Virus record (IMG/VR): IMGVR_UViG_3300031760_000013
Span: 66,458-112,934 of that record
From: a virus
Lineage: Duplodnaviria; Heunggongvirae; Uroviricota; Caudoviricetes
Strand: one strand, 5' to 3'
Length of the DNA: 46,477 nucleotides
In this document: positions 20,637 to 30,198 of the stretch, piece by piece
Position numbering within the stretch: the first letter of the stretch is position 1
How the letters are laid out: every line of letters begins with the position of its first letter
The notes under the pieces: model-generated
What the model was told of the DNA's origin: nothing
Seen by the model: only the letters and a program-made list of their open reading frames with translations
Database searches by the model: none
Made by a program: the position numbers and the translations under genes

Positions 20637-20665
20637 AAGGGGAGTTTCTACATGACTCCCCTTTT
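20637..20665 (+). terminator. Intrinsic terminator
   Basis: Stem AAGGGGAGT/ACTCCCCTT followed by TT. Confidence 0.6.
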
Positions 20666-20734
20666 ATAAATAATTGGACAATTTAAAATATTCAAGCCGC
20701 ATTGTCGGCTTGTTACGAAAGGAGGACAGCTGCA

Positions 20735-21565
20735 ATGGATTTAGCTGGATGCCATTTCACATATGCAGATATCTCTTCCAGAGAATACAGCCTGTGGTTC
20801 GCACACTGCGAAACATCAGACTATACAGCGATCAATGGCACGACCAAGTCCCTTACCGTATTTAACTCTCGTGGGAACAGGCGGTATTTTGTGGCGGATT
20901 CCTATACCGACTCCCCTGTTTCGATTGACGTTGAATTCATTACGGACGACGATCGCACTCTATCTGTACAGGAGATTCGCAATATTGAGAGATGGCTGTT
21001 CAACAGAAAGAATTACTATAAACTCTTTATAGATATCGCAGACGACTGTTTAGCTGAGTCTTATCAGATTATCGACGGAATAGAAAAGCGCTTTTATTTC
21101 AACTGCCGCTTCACAAATCCGACAAAAATCTATGGCAACGGTGGTACGGTTGGATTCAAAGCGAAGATGGAATGCGACAGCTACGTGCTTTGGCAGGAGG
21201 CTATTGACGCAGAATTTGAGATCGGACACACATCAGCGTCTGATAGCTCTGTCGTATCTGTGAATATTGACAGCGAAGTCGATGATTATGTATATCCGAA
21301 AATTACTATCACTATGGCTGCTGCCGGTGGTGATATTTCTATTACAAACAACACAGATGACTCTACCCGCATAACTTCATTCAAGTCGTTGACAGGAGAG
21401 ATCGAATTCACAATGAACGGGAATTTGAATTATATCTCTGGAGATAACTATGTTAAGTTTTATGACCGGAATTTTGTGCGGTTTATCCCTGGCATTAACA
21501 ATATTTCTATTGTTGGGGCGGTAGACAAAATTAAATTTGAATGGGAGAACCGAAGATACATATAA
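20735..21565 (+). CDS. Distal tail protein (Dit)
   Basis: Follows TMP; C-terminal VYPKITI...RFIPGINNISI...EWENR motif typical of Dit; GGAGG RBS supports ATG 20735. Confidence 0.75.
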   Translation: MDLAGCHFTYADISSREYSLWFAHCETSDYTAINGTTKSLTVFNSRGNRRYFVADSYTDSPVSIDVEFITDDDRTLSVQEIRNIERWLFNRKNYYKLFIDIADDCLAESYQIIDGIEKRFYFNCRFTNPTKIYGNGGTVGFKAKMECDSYVLWQEAIDAEFEIGHTSASDSSVVSVNIDSEVDDYVYPKITITMAAAGGDISITNNTDDSTRITSFKSLTGEIEFTMNGNLNYISGDNYVKFYDRNFVRFIPGINNISIVGAVDKIKFEWENRRYI

Positions 21566-21581
21566 AAAGGAGGTGGCATGA

Positions 21582-24500
21582 TTGATCGCCAGATTTAACA
21601 GCTATCGGGAATTTGAAACGCCGATGCTGTATGTGTGCGCACCGGGCTGCAAGTATGTGGACGGTATGCTCACGAACACATCGGGTATCCTGACAGATGT
21701 TAGTGATATTGAAATTATTCCAACTTTCAATGCCACTTCTGAACTGAACTTCAGGTGCTATAGAGTTCATCGCGAAGACGCAGAAGAGAATTCTCATTTC
21801 TACAGTTTATTCCGTTCTCTGCGAAATAGACGGATGATCTATGTTGAAGACATTGGGTTCTTCGTTATAACGAATGTGGAAGATGGATACGATCTGAATA
21901 TCGGCACAGACTATAAGGACATCTCCTGTGAGTCTTGTGAAGAGGAACTTCGGTCTAAGAATATTCCATACATCGAGGACGGTACCTACAAGTTCTTTAC
22001 TGGAGAAGAAGGGAATCCTGGCATGCTTGAGACTCTCGTGCAGTCTACTCCCCTCTGGTATATTGGGGATGTCGACACGGAGGTTGCAAACAGATACAGG
22101 ACGTTCGAGGATATTGATTTTACGGACAATGTCCTTGGGTTTATGTTGGAAGATCTACAGAATGCGTATGAATGCATTTTTGTTTTTGATATCCAAAACA
22201 GAATAATCAACGTGTACGATCAGGCAAACTACGTACACGAAACAAACATTCATCTGACTAGAGACGATCTGATTACAAGCATCAGCGTGTCCGAATCGTC
22301 AGATGATCTTTATACCGCACTCAGTGTGACAGGCGAAGACGAGCTTAGTATTAATGCCGTCAATCCGCTTGGCACGAATGTTATTTATAACTTTGACTAC
22401 TATCTTGACTGGATGACTCCGAGCCTACGTGAGAAAGTGGAAGAGTGGCAGGATCTTGTCGCATCTTATAGCGATCAGTATTATAACCTGCAGATGGCGA
22501 GATATTCAGGTCTTACTTCCCTATCGACTCTTAATGCGGAGTACGACCAGCTTAATACACAGTTGACGATGTACAAACGCTGTAGAGAAAATATGGTTGC
22601 ACAGGCTAGTGACGAGCAGATTGCTGAGTACAATGCGGTTATCACTTCGGTTGGCGGTACGCCAATTCCTGAAGATAAAGGGTATCTGTGGATCATGTTT
22701 GGCGATGATGCATCTGGTACAAACATTACGACCAATCCATATGGGAAACGTTATATTGGTCTTGCTTGGGATAAAGGTACAAATGTTGCCAGTAATAGCG
22801 CTTCTGATTATACATGGTTTACATTCAGAAGTGGCGAAAGCTTCCCGAGGCAGAAGAACGGTACGACGCTATATACATGGATTGTGTTCGCAGACTCTGT
22901 TACGTCAGGAATGTCGAATGAACCGGAAGATGTAGCATCGTCTTCTGCAAAGCCATATATTGGCATTTCAGTAGATAACAGTTCTAGCCAAAAATCATCT
23001 ACGTATGATGACTATACTTGGTCTCTCACGAACGTTGGTGGAATCAGCGTTAGTGAGGCATTAGGTACAATCGACGAATTAGTCAAGCAGACTGAGGCTG
23101 CCCTTACGGCAAAGGCTGCTGAAATTGCCGAAGGTGATGAGTATATAGACACGAGCGAAGCGAGTGTAATAAACATACAGAACGCCGTTTCCATGCAGAA
23201 TTTCTTTACCGAAGAAGAGCTTGAAGAACTTAGCAACTATATTGTTGAAGGCTCATACTCCGACGACTATATAGGTATTACGGACACTATGTCTTACAAC
23301 GAGATCTTTGAGCAAATGAAGACGCTGTATGACCGTGCGGTTGCGCAGCTGGAGACTGTATCTGTACCGACACAGCAGTTCACTATCGATGTTGAGAACT
23401 TCATATTCGTGAAGGAGTTCGAGCAGTGGAGTGATCAGCTTGAGACTGGTTGCCTAATTAATGTTGAACTGATGGAAGGCGATGTCGCCCAGTTGTTCCT
23501 TACTTCCTTTGAAGTTAACTATGAAGACAAGAAACTATCGATGACGTTCGGTAATCGGTATAATCGGTTTGATTCAAAGGCATTATTCGATAAGTTCCTT
23601 GGTAATGTATCCAAAACACAGAACACGCTTTCTTATATTCGTAGCACGATTTATCCGATTAAGAACGGTGAGTTCAATCAGATGAAAGAGGCTCTTGAGA
23701 CTTCTCGTACTCTTACGAAAAACGCCGCTCTTTCTTCAACAAATGAACAGGTCACGATTGATGACACTGGCTATACTGGTCGCAGAGTTTTACCTGACGG
23801 CACGATCGACCCACATCAGATTAAGATCAATGGTAGGAACATCGTGTTCACAGATGACGCATGGAAGACATGTAAGACGGCAATTGGCGAAATCATTCTT
23901 GGCTCTGGCGAATCTAAATATGGTATCAACGCCGAGATTATTCTTGGCAATATGATATATGGTAACGAGCTGCATATTATTGATAAAGATGGCAATGATA
24001 TGTTCGAAGTTACGGAAGACAAGATAATGTTGAGCGTCGGTGATATTTACGCCGAGAAGGAAGATACTATATCTGGTGTTGACGTGATGTACTGTCGTGC
24101 ATCATCTAGTATAGCATGTAATATTAGCACGATGACGACACAGTGGAGTACAGCTGCGCCCGGATGGGTCGATGGTGAATATATCTGGCAGAAGACCGTT
24201 ACGACATATGACGATGGTCATACATCTGAATCCACAGCGACATGTCTGACAGGCGCGACTGGTCAGTCTGGTAGAGGTATCGCTTCTACGGTTATCAAGT
24301 ACGCCCGCTCATCCGACGGTGTTAATCACCCGACGGCAGAGAGCGACTGGTATTCTGATATCCCAGATTACGTCGAAGGCGACTTTGTTTGGACGCGCAC
24401 AGTTATCACATATACTGATAACTCTACTTCAACATCATACTCCGTTGGGAGAAACGGTGTAAATGGTGATCATAATGCAGTCGTATATCTATATAAGAGA

Positions 24501-27500
24501 TCTCCTTCGCAGGTGTCTATCGACTGGACGACGCAGGTCGCGTATGACTTCCAGTTACATACACTCGCCCCTGTGCCTAGTGGTTGGAGCACGACGATCC
24601 CCGCTGGTGTTGATACTCTGTATGTGACGGCTGCGACAGCAAGCTCGAATACGCAAACGGATATCATTGAATATACTGAGTGGTCTACGCCTGTGGCGAT
24701 GGCTCGAAGTGGTGCAAATTCTGCAACAGTTCTCTTATACAAGAGATCTGCTGATGTGCCAGAAATACCTACGACAGAACTCACCTACACATTTGCAGAT
24801 GGTTCATTAGACCTCTCCCCTCTTAGTATAACTGGGCATACGGTGGTCGCTGACGACAACACAGTGGAGAATCTCTTCTACGTGAATAACGAAGTGCTGC
24901 GTTTGACATCTGCGATTACTGGCACTGGATATACATATCAGTGGTACTACAAGACACCGTCCAGTTCATCTTATTCTGCCGCTACTTCTACATCAGCAAC
25001 AGCGCCGACGTATACGATAACAGCGCAGAGCCGACATGATGGTTACCAGTATTATTGCAGAGTAACTGATACATACGGTAATAGCACAAGCACAAGGGTA
25101 GTCAGAATCAATCTTGGGAAATGGTCTCAGCATATTCCTGCATCTGACGGCAATCCGTGTTATGTGATTCAGGCGACTGCGATAGGGTTGGACGCGACGG
25201 ATGATATAACTGGAGCCGAGTGGAGCACTGTGACAGAACTTGTCACAGATGGTGTTGGTATCAGCGGAACGAGCATTACATACGTTACTTCCACAAATGG
25301 ATCTACGCCGCCAGCAGCTACAGCGGATTGGTCTACAACCTTCCCTGGTGAGTTAGAAGAGGGAGAATACCTCTGGACGAAGACCGTCACAACCTATACG
25401 GACGGGACTGATTCAACGGTATACTCCGTTAGTCGCAATGGTGTGATGGGACAGGACGGTGAGGCTGGACGTGGTATTACACACGTATCAAACAGATACG
25501 CTGTTTCTACGAGTAGCAGTACTGCGCCGAATGTGTGGGTGGATTCACCGCCTACTCTCACTGCAACAAATAAATATCTCTGGAATTATGAGATTATCAC
25601 ATACACAGATAATACATCTGATGAGACGGAGCGCCGCATTATTGGCGTATACGGCGATCAGGGTGTTACTGGTAATGGTATTAACAAAATAACTGAGTAT
25701 TACCTCGCATCGGCAGCAGACAGCGGTGTGACGACATCCACTAGTGGGTGGACTACAACTGTCCAGGCTGTAACTGGTGCAAAGAAGTATCTCTGGAATT
25801 ATGAAGTAGTTGAATATACAAACGGCAACTCATTCACGAGTACTCCGGCTATTATTGGTATGTTCAGCAACAGTATCGTGTCGTCATCTGTAGTGTATAC
25901 GACATCCGATAACGGCACTAATGTTCCAACGTCCGGTTGGCAGAACTCTGTACCAAGCGTAGCGGCTGGCAGATACTTGTGGACTCGTACAACTACGAAC
26001 TATGCGTACGGCGATCCAACGGTATCTTATTCCGTGAGCCGTAGTGCTACGAACGGTAATCATACTGCGGTTGTGTACCTATATAAGAGATCCTCATCCG
26101 CAGCGACGATAAACTGGACTAGCAATCTTACATATAACTTTACGACAAACAGCTTAACATCTGTACCGTCTGGGTGGTCTGCCACTGTTCCAACTGGTAC
26201 TGACCCGATCTACATGACAGCAGCAACAGCAAGTTCAAACGGTGACACTGACACGATCGCTTATACAGAATTCGCGGCTCCTGTTATGATTGCGCAGAAT
26301 GGCACTAACGGTTCGGATGGTGCAGATGGTTCTAACGCCGCAACGATTTTCTTATATCAGAGAGCGGCAAGCTCATCTTCATTGTCCAAACCTACTGCAA
26401 CTCTCACATATACGTTCAGTACCGGCACGCTATCTGGCACTCTTGGAAACTGGTCTCAGGCAATACCGGCAAACGACGGCAATCCGTGCTTTGTGATACA
26501 GGCAACTGCTGTAAGCGCTGGTACAACTGATACTATATCTTCGTCTGAATGGAGCAGTATCAGAGAACTGGTAGCCAATGGCGAAGACGGTGTCGGTGTA
26601 TCTGGAACAGAGATTGCTTATGCAACTTCAACTAGCGGTACTACACCGCCGAGTTCTGGATGGGGTTCATCCGTCCCAACTGTTTCTGAGGGGCAGTATC
26701 TGTGGACTCGCACAACTACGAACTACACGAACAGCGAACATTCTACATCTTATTCTGTAAGCCGTAATGGTATGAACGGTACGAATGGTACAAACGGTAA
26801 ACATAGTGCAGTCGTATATCTCTACAAGAGATCTGCGACAGCTGCCACTATAGACTGGAACACTGATCTCCCATATAGTTTTACATCCAATGCGCTTACG
26901 GCACTGCCGAGTGGCTGGAGCCTTTCTGTCCCAACTGGACTGAATCCGATTTATGTTACAGCGGCTACTGTCAGCTCTGCTGCTGATACCGCAACAATAC
27001 CGTATACAGCATGGGCTACACCGGCGATGCTTGCCCAAAATGGTGAGGCTGGCGCAGCAGGTAGTAACGGCTCTGATGGTTTAAGCACGGCAATTGTATT
27101 CTTGTACAAAAGAGCTGCAAATTCTAGTGCTGTAACGAAACCGTCTGTCGACTTGGATTATACATTCTCGACTGGTGTTCTGTCTGGCAATCTGAACGGA
27201 TGGTCGCAGAGCATACCTTCTACTGATGGTAATCCGTGTTTTGTGATACAGGCTACGGCTGTAGGTACTGGTGCGACGGACAGGATACTGACAACAGAAT
27301 GGAGCGACATTGCAGAGCTTGTTGTCGACGGGGACGGCGTTGGTGTTGAGAGCGCTGTAATTGCATACGCAACATCGAACGACGGAACCAATCCACCTAC
27401 TGATGATTGGTCTGATATCATACCGTCTGACATCGGCGAAAAGAAATTTATGTGGACTCGAACCACAACGAACTATACAGATGGTTCGCAAACAGTAGCA

Positions 27501-30149
27501 TACTCTGTAAGCTCAAGTGGTGTCGGCATTGCCGAGATTGTGACAGAATATTATCTGTCAACTTCAAACACAGAGCTGCTCGCTGGTGAGTGGTCTGATA
27601 CCCCACCAGCTTGGACGAGTGGTACATATATCTGGACGCGCAGCCACTTATACTGGGACAATGGCGACGAAAGCACCACGACTCCAGTATTGGATAATTC
27701 GTTGAATCAAATCAACGCAGATATCTATGACTGCCAAACAGATATAGAAGTCAACAAGCAAGGTATTCAGCAGAACACTCAATACTATCAGGAACTGTAT
27801 GGGCAGGTTGCTAAGATCAATGCCTATATTCAGACTGGTGTTATTGGTGTTGACGAAACTGGTAAATCATCTTTCGGTGTTAAGATCGGCGAAAATCTTT
27901 CGACGGTAAGCGCCTATATTATTAATGGGTCTGTCGCCTTCTCTGAAGGTTGGCTTTCTTCGACGGATGGTGGAGTACCGCTCTCCCCTGATGAGTCTGT
28001 GCTTTATCAGATCCAGACACCGGGTACCTATTATGGAAAGACATATAGGTGGAACGGTTCAACGTACTCTGAGGCAGAATCCGAAGGAACGCTATCTTCG
28101 ATTTTCACGTCGAGCGAACTTGGGTTCTATGACACTGGTGAGAAGACGGCGTATTTCTCAAACAAGAATCTGAACGTCACTACGGTCAGAACGACACGTA
28201 TTCTTTTCAGCCAAGACGTTATTTCAGACACATCTTCCAATAACTGGCAGATCGGCATCGATAACGGGTTCTATCTGAAATGGGTTGGTGCAGCCGATGG
28301 TAGTAGCGGTGGCGACGATACAGAGGAAGATACTGCGTCCACCTTTACAGCAACATCGCCTGTTACTAATAACACCGACGCCTGCACAATCACTATCACA
28401 AGGGCTAAGAATACATATATCCACTCCTTGCAGTATTCGACCGATGGGTCTAACTGGACTACCATCACTGCGTCGACTACAGGTGAAAGTGCAATTTCAT
28501 GGACGCCGAATCTCACATTTAGTGGTAGCGCAACAAGTATTTCTTGTACTGTGCGTTGCATAACATATAAAGGTAGCGTCACTGCAAGCAACCTTGTCGG
28601 TAGTTACGATAGAATTGTTGTTGTTAACAAGGAAGGTCAAGTCGTTGCACCGACAATAACTTCGCATCCGAGTAATGTGACAGCTGCGCCTAATACAACA
28701 GTCACATATGGTGTCATAGCAAATGGTAGTGACCTAACATATAACTGGCAGTTTGAACTGAGTAATGTTAGTGGGTACGTTAACATGAGTGGATACACAA
28801 GTGTCTACACCGACTGCTATTCTGGGTATGATACAGCGACTTTGACGATAACAGACACAACATATTTCAATGGCGTTAACTTCAGATGCGTTGTGACTAA
28901 CAGCGCTGGTTCTGTAATAAGTAATTCTGCTTCACTTACAATCCAAGAAACTGTCACAGCGCCAACAATCACATCACATCCATCTGACGCGTCGGTGCAG
29001 GAAAATGTAGACGCTTTGTTCTCTGTAACAGCGTCTGGTACGAGTCTCAGTTACCAGTGGCAGTCAGCAAGCAGTAGTTCTGGCACGTTCTCGAACGTTA
29101 CAAATCTTACTGGGTATAATACTGCGAGCCTTACCGTACCTGGCACGTCAACATATAACGGATATGCGTTCAGATGTGTTGTGTCGAACAGTGCTGGGTC
29201 TGTAACTAGTAATTCTGCTACGTTAGATGTTCAAGCTGCTCAGGCAGTACCACAAATAACGGTACAACCACAGTCAACGACAGTATATACCGGGGAACAG
29301 GCAACATTCTCTTTAACGGCAACAGGAGACAATCTATCTTACACGTGGTACATGAGAACAAGCTATAGAGTCGCGTGGGCTGAAATGGGGAGCGGATATA
29401 AAACAGCGTCTATTACATTGACTGCCGGCGATACTGAGACTAATAATGCTGCTAATGGATATCAATACCGTTGCACAGTATCTAATAGCGTAGCATCTGT
29501 TAATAGCGATATTGTTACGTTGACAGTTAAAACCAGCAGGTTGCCATTAGGGTACCATGAAGTAGAATACCTTGAGTCAACTGCTGGCGGTGGGCAATAT
29601 ATACAGACTGGTATAACTTCATTTAACTCTACAGATGAAATAGACATCGCATTTATGTACTTTGCTATTCCTGCTGCAGGGAATCAGAACGTTATCAGTA
29701 TAGCTGGTACAGGGGATGCTCAGCACTATATGCGAATACCCGCAATTAATGATAACTACAATGCATATATCATAAGTGATTCTGATTCTCTTGTATCAAC
29801 GCCACAGGCAAACAAACGTTTTGATGCCGTTATCAATAATTCAAGTCACAAAGTTCTTGAAAACAATACTGACCTTGGAACATTAACGAGTTATACAGGT
29901 GATTTCTGGTACAGTTATCAGATAACACTGTTCGGAATATCGAATACGGCAGGAACACTGAGCGGGACAGGGTCACGTTGCAGGATTTATTCGTTTGTTC
30001 ACAAGAATAATAGCACAAATAGGTATTTGCGCAATTACGTCCCATGCTATCGCACATCTGATAATGAGCCTGGTTTCTATGATCTTGTTAATAACACATT
30101 CATTACAAACGCTGGTGATGGTACATTTGTTGTCGGACCTGAGGTGTAA
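21582..30149 (+). CDS. Giant mosaic tail protein (Tal/hub + internal repeats + four Ig-like domains + C-terminal lectin-like domain)
   Basis: 2855 aa after Dit; repeated YLYKRS and YLWTRT..NY modules; Ig-like modules with YQW and Y.C.V motifs; C-terminal LPLGYHEVEYLEST...YIQTG...FYDLVNNTF domain. Confidence 0.85.
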   Translation: MIARFNSYREFETPMLYVCAPGCKYVDGMLTNTSGILTDVSDIEIIPTFNATSELNFRCYRVHREDAEENSHFYSLFRSLRNRRMIYVEDIGFFVITNVEDGYDLNIGTDYKDISCESCEEELRSKNIPYIEDGTYKFFTGEEGNPGMLETLVQSTPLWYIGDVDTEVANRYRTFEDIDFTDNVLGFMLEDLQNAYECIFVFDIQNRIINVYDQANYVHETNIHLTRDDLITSISVSESSDDLYTALSVTGEDELSINAVNPLGTNVIYNFDYYLDWMTPSLREKVEEWQDLVASYSDQYYNLQMARYSGLTSLSTLNAEYDQLNTQLTMYKRCRENMVAQASDEQIAEYNAVITSVGGTPIPEDKGYLWIMFGDDASGTNITTNPYGKRYIGLAWDKGTNVASNSASDYTWFTFRSGESFPRQKNGTTLYTWIVFADSVTSGMSNEPEDVASSSAKPYIGISVDNSSSQKSSTYDDYTWSLTNVGGISVSEALGTIDELVKQTEAALTAKAAEIAEGDEYIDTSEASVINIQNAVSMQNFFTEEELEELSNYIVEGSYSDDYIGITDTMSYNEIFEQMKTLYDRAVAQLETVSVPTQQFTIDVENFIFVKEFEQWSDQLETGCLINVELMEGDVAQLFLTSFEVNYEDKKLSMTFGNRYNRFDSKALFDKFLGNVSKTQNTLSYIRSTIYPIKNGEFNQMKEALETSRTLTKNAALSSTNEQVTIDDTGYTGRRVLPDGTIDPHQIKINGRNIVFTDDAWKTCKTAIGEIILGSGESKYGINAEIILGNMIYGNELHIIDKDGNDMFEVTEDKIMLSVGDIYAEKEDTISGVDVMYCRASSSIACNISTMTTQWSTAAPGWVDGEYIWQKTVTTYDDGHTSESTATCLTGATGQSGRGIASTVIKYARSSDGVNHPTAESDWYSDIPDYVEGDFVWTRTVITYTDNSTSTSYSVGRNGVNGDHNAVVYLYKRSPSQVSIDWTTQVAYDFQLHTLAPVPSGWSTTIPAGVDTLYVTAATASSNTQTDIIEYTEWSTPVAMARSGANSATVLLYKRSADVPEIPTTELTYTFADGSLDLSPLSITGHTVVADDNTVENLFYVNNEVLRLTSAITGTGYTYQWYYKTPSSSSYSAATSTSATAPTYTITAQSRHDGYQYYCRVTDTYGNSTSTRVVRINLGKWSQHIPASDGNPCYVIQATAIGLDATDDITGAEWSTVTELVTDGVGISGTSITYVTSTNGSTPPAATADWSTTFPGELEEGEYLWTKTVTTYTDGTDSTVYSVSRNGVMGQDGEAGRGITHVSNRYAVSTSSSTAPNVWVDSPPTLTATNKYLWNYEIITYTDNTSDETERRIIGVYGDQGVTGNGINKITEYYLASAADSGVTTSTSGWTTTVQAVTGAKKYLWNYEVVEYTNGNSFTSTPAIIGMFSNSIVSSSVVYTTSDNGTNVPTSGWQNSVPSVAAGRYLWTRTTTNYAYGDPTVSYSVSRSATNGNHTAVVYLYKRSSSAATINWTSNLTYNFTTNSLTSVPSGWSATVPTGTDPIYMTAATASSNGDTDTIAYTEFAAPVMIAQNGTNGSDGADGSNAATIFLYQRAASSSSLSKPTATLTYTFSTGTLSGTLGNWSQAIPANDGNPCFVIQATAVSAGTTDTISSSEWSSIRELVANGEDGVGVSGTEIAYATSTSGTTPPSSGWGSSVPTVSEGQYLWTRTTTNYTNSEHSTSYSVSRNGMNGTNGTNGKHSAVVYLYKRSATAATIDWNTDLPYSFTSNALTALPSGWSLSVPTGLNPIYVTAATVSSAADTATIPYTAWATPAMLAQNGEAGAAGSNGSDGLSTAIVFLYKRAANSSAVTKPSVDLDYTFSTGVLSGNLNGWSQSIPSTDGNPCFVIQATAVGTGATDRILTTEWSDIAELVVDGDGVGVESAVIAYATSNDGTNPPTDDWSDIIPSDIGEKKFMWTRTTTNYTDGSQTVAYSVSSSGVGIAEIVTEYYLSTSNTELLAGEWSDTPPAWTSGTYIWTRSHLYWDNGDESTTTPVLDNSLNQINADIYDCQTDIEVNKQGIQQNTQYYQELYGQVAKINAYIQTGVIGVDETGKSSFGVKIGENLSTVSAYIINGSVAFSEGWLSSTDGGVPLSPDESVLYQIQTPGTYYGKTYRWNGSTYSEAESEGTLSSIFTSSELGFYDTGEKTAYFSNKNLNVTTVRTTRILFSQDVISDTSSNNWQIGIDNGFYLKWVGAADGSSGGDDTEEDTASTFTATSPVTNNTDACTITITRAKNTYIHSLQYSTDGSNWTTITASTTGESAISWTPNLTFSGSATSISCTVRCITYKGSVTASNLVGSYDRIVVVNKEGQVVAPTITSHPSNVTAAPNTTVTYGVIANGSDLTYNWQFELSNVSGYVNMSGYTSVYTDCYSGYDTATLTITDTTYFNGVNFRCVVTNSAGSVISNSASLTIQETVTAPTITSHPSDASVQENVDALFSVTASGTSLSYQWQSASSSSGTFSNVTNLTGYNTASLTVPGTSTYNGYAFRCVVSNSAGSVTSNSATLDVQAAQAVPQITVQPQSTTVYTGEQATFSLTATGDNLSYTWYMRTSYRVAWAEMGSGYKTASITLTAGDTETNNAANGYQYRCTVSNSVASVNSDIVTLTVKTSRLPLGYHEVEYLESTAGGGQYIQTGITSFNSTDEIDIAFMYFAIPAAGNQNVISIAGTGDAQHYMRIPAINDNYNAYIISDSDSLVSTPQANKRFDAVINNSSHKVLENNTDLGTLTSYTGDFWYSYQITLFGISNTAGTLSGTGSRCRIYSFVHKNNSTNRYLRNYVPCYRTSDNEPGFYDLVNNTFITNAGDGTFVVGPEV

Positions 30150-30198
30150 CAATATATTAATATAACAATGTTTATTCTGAATTAAAGGAGGTGAGTTA

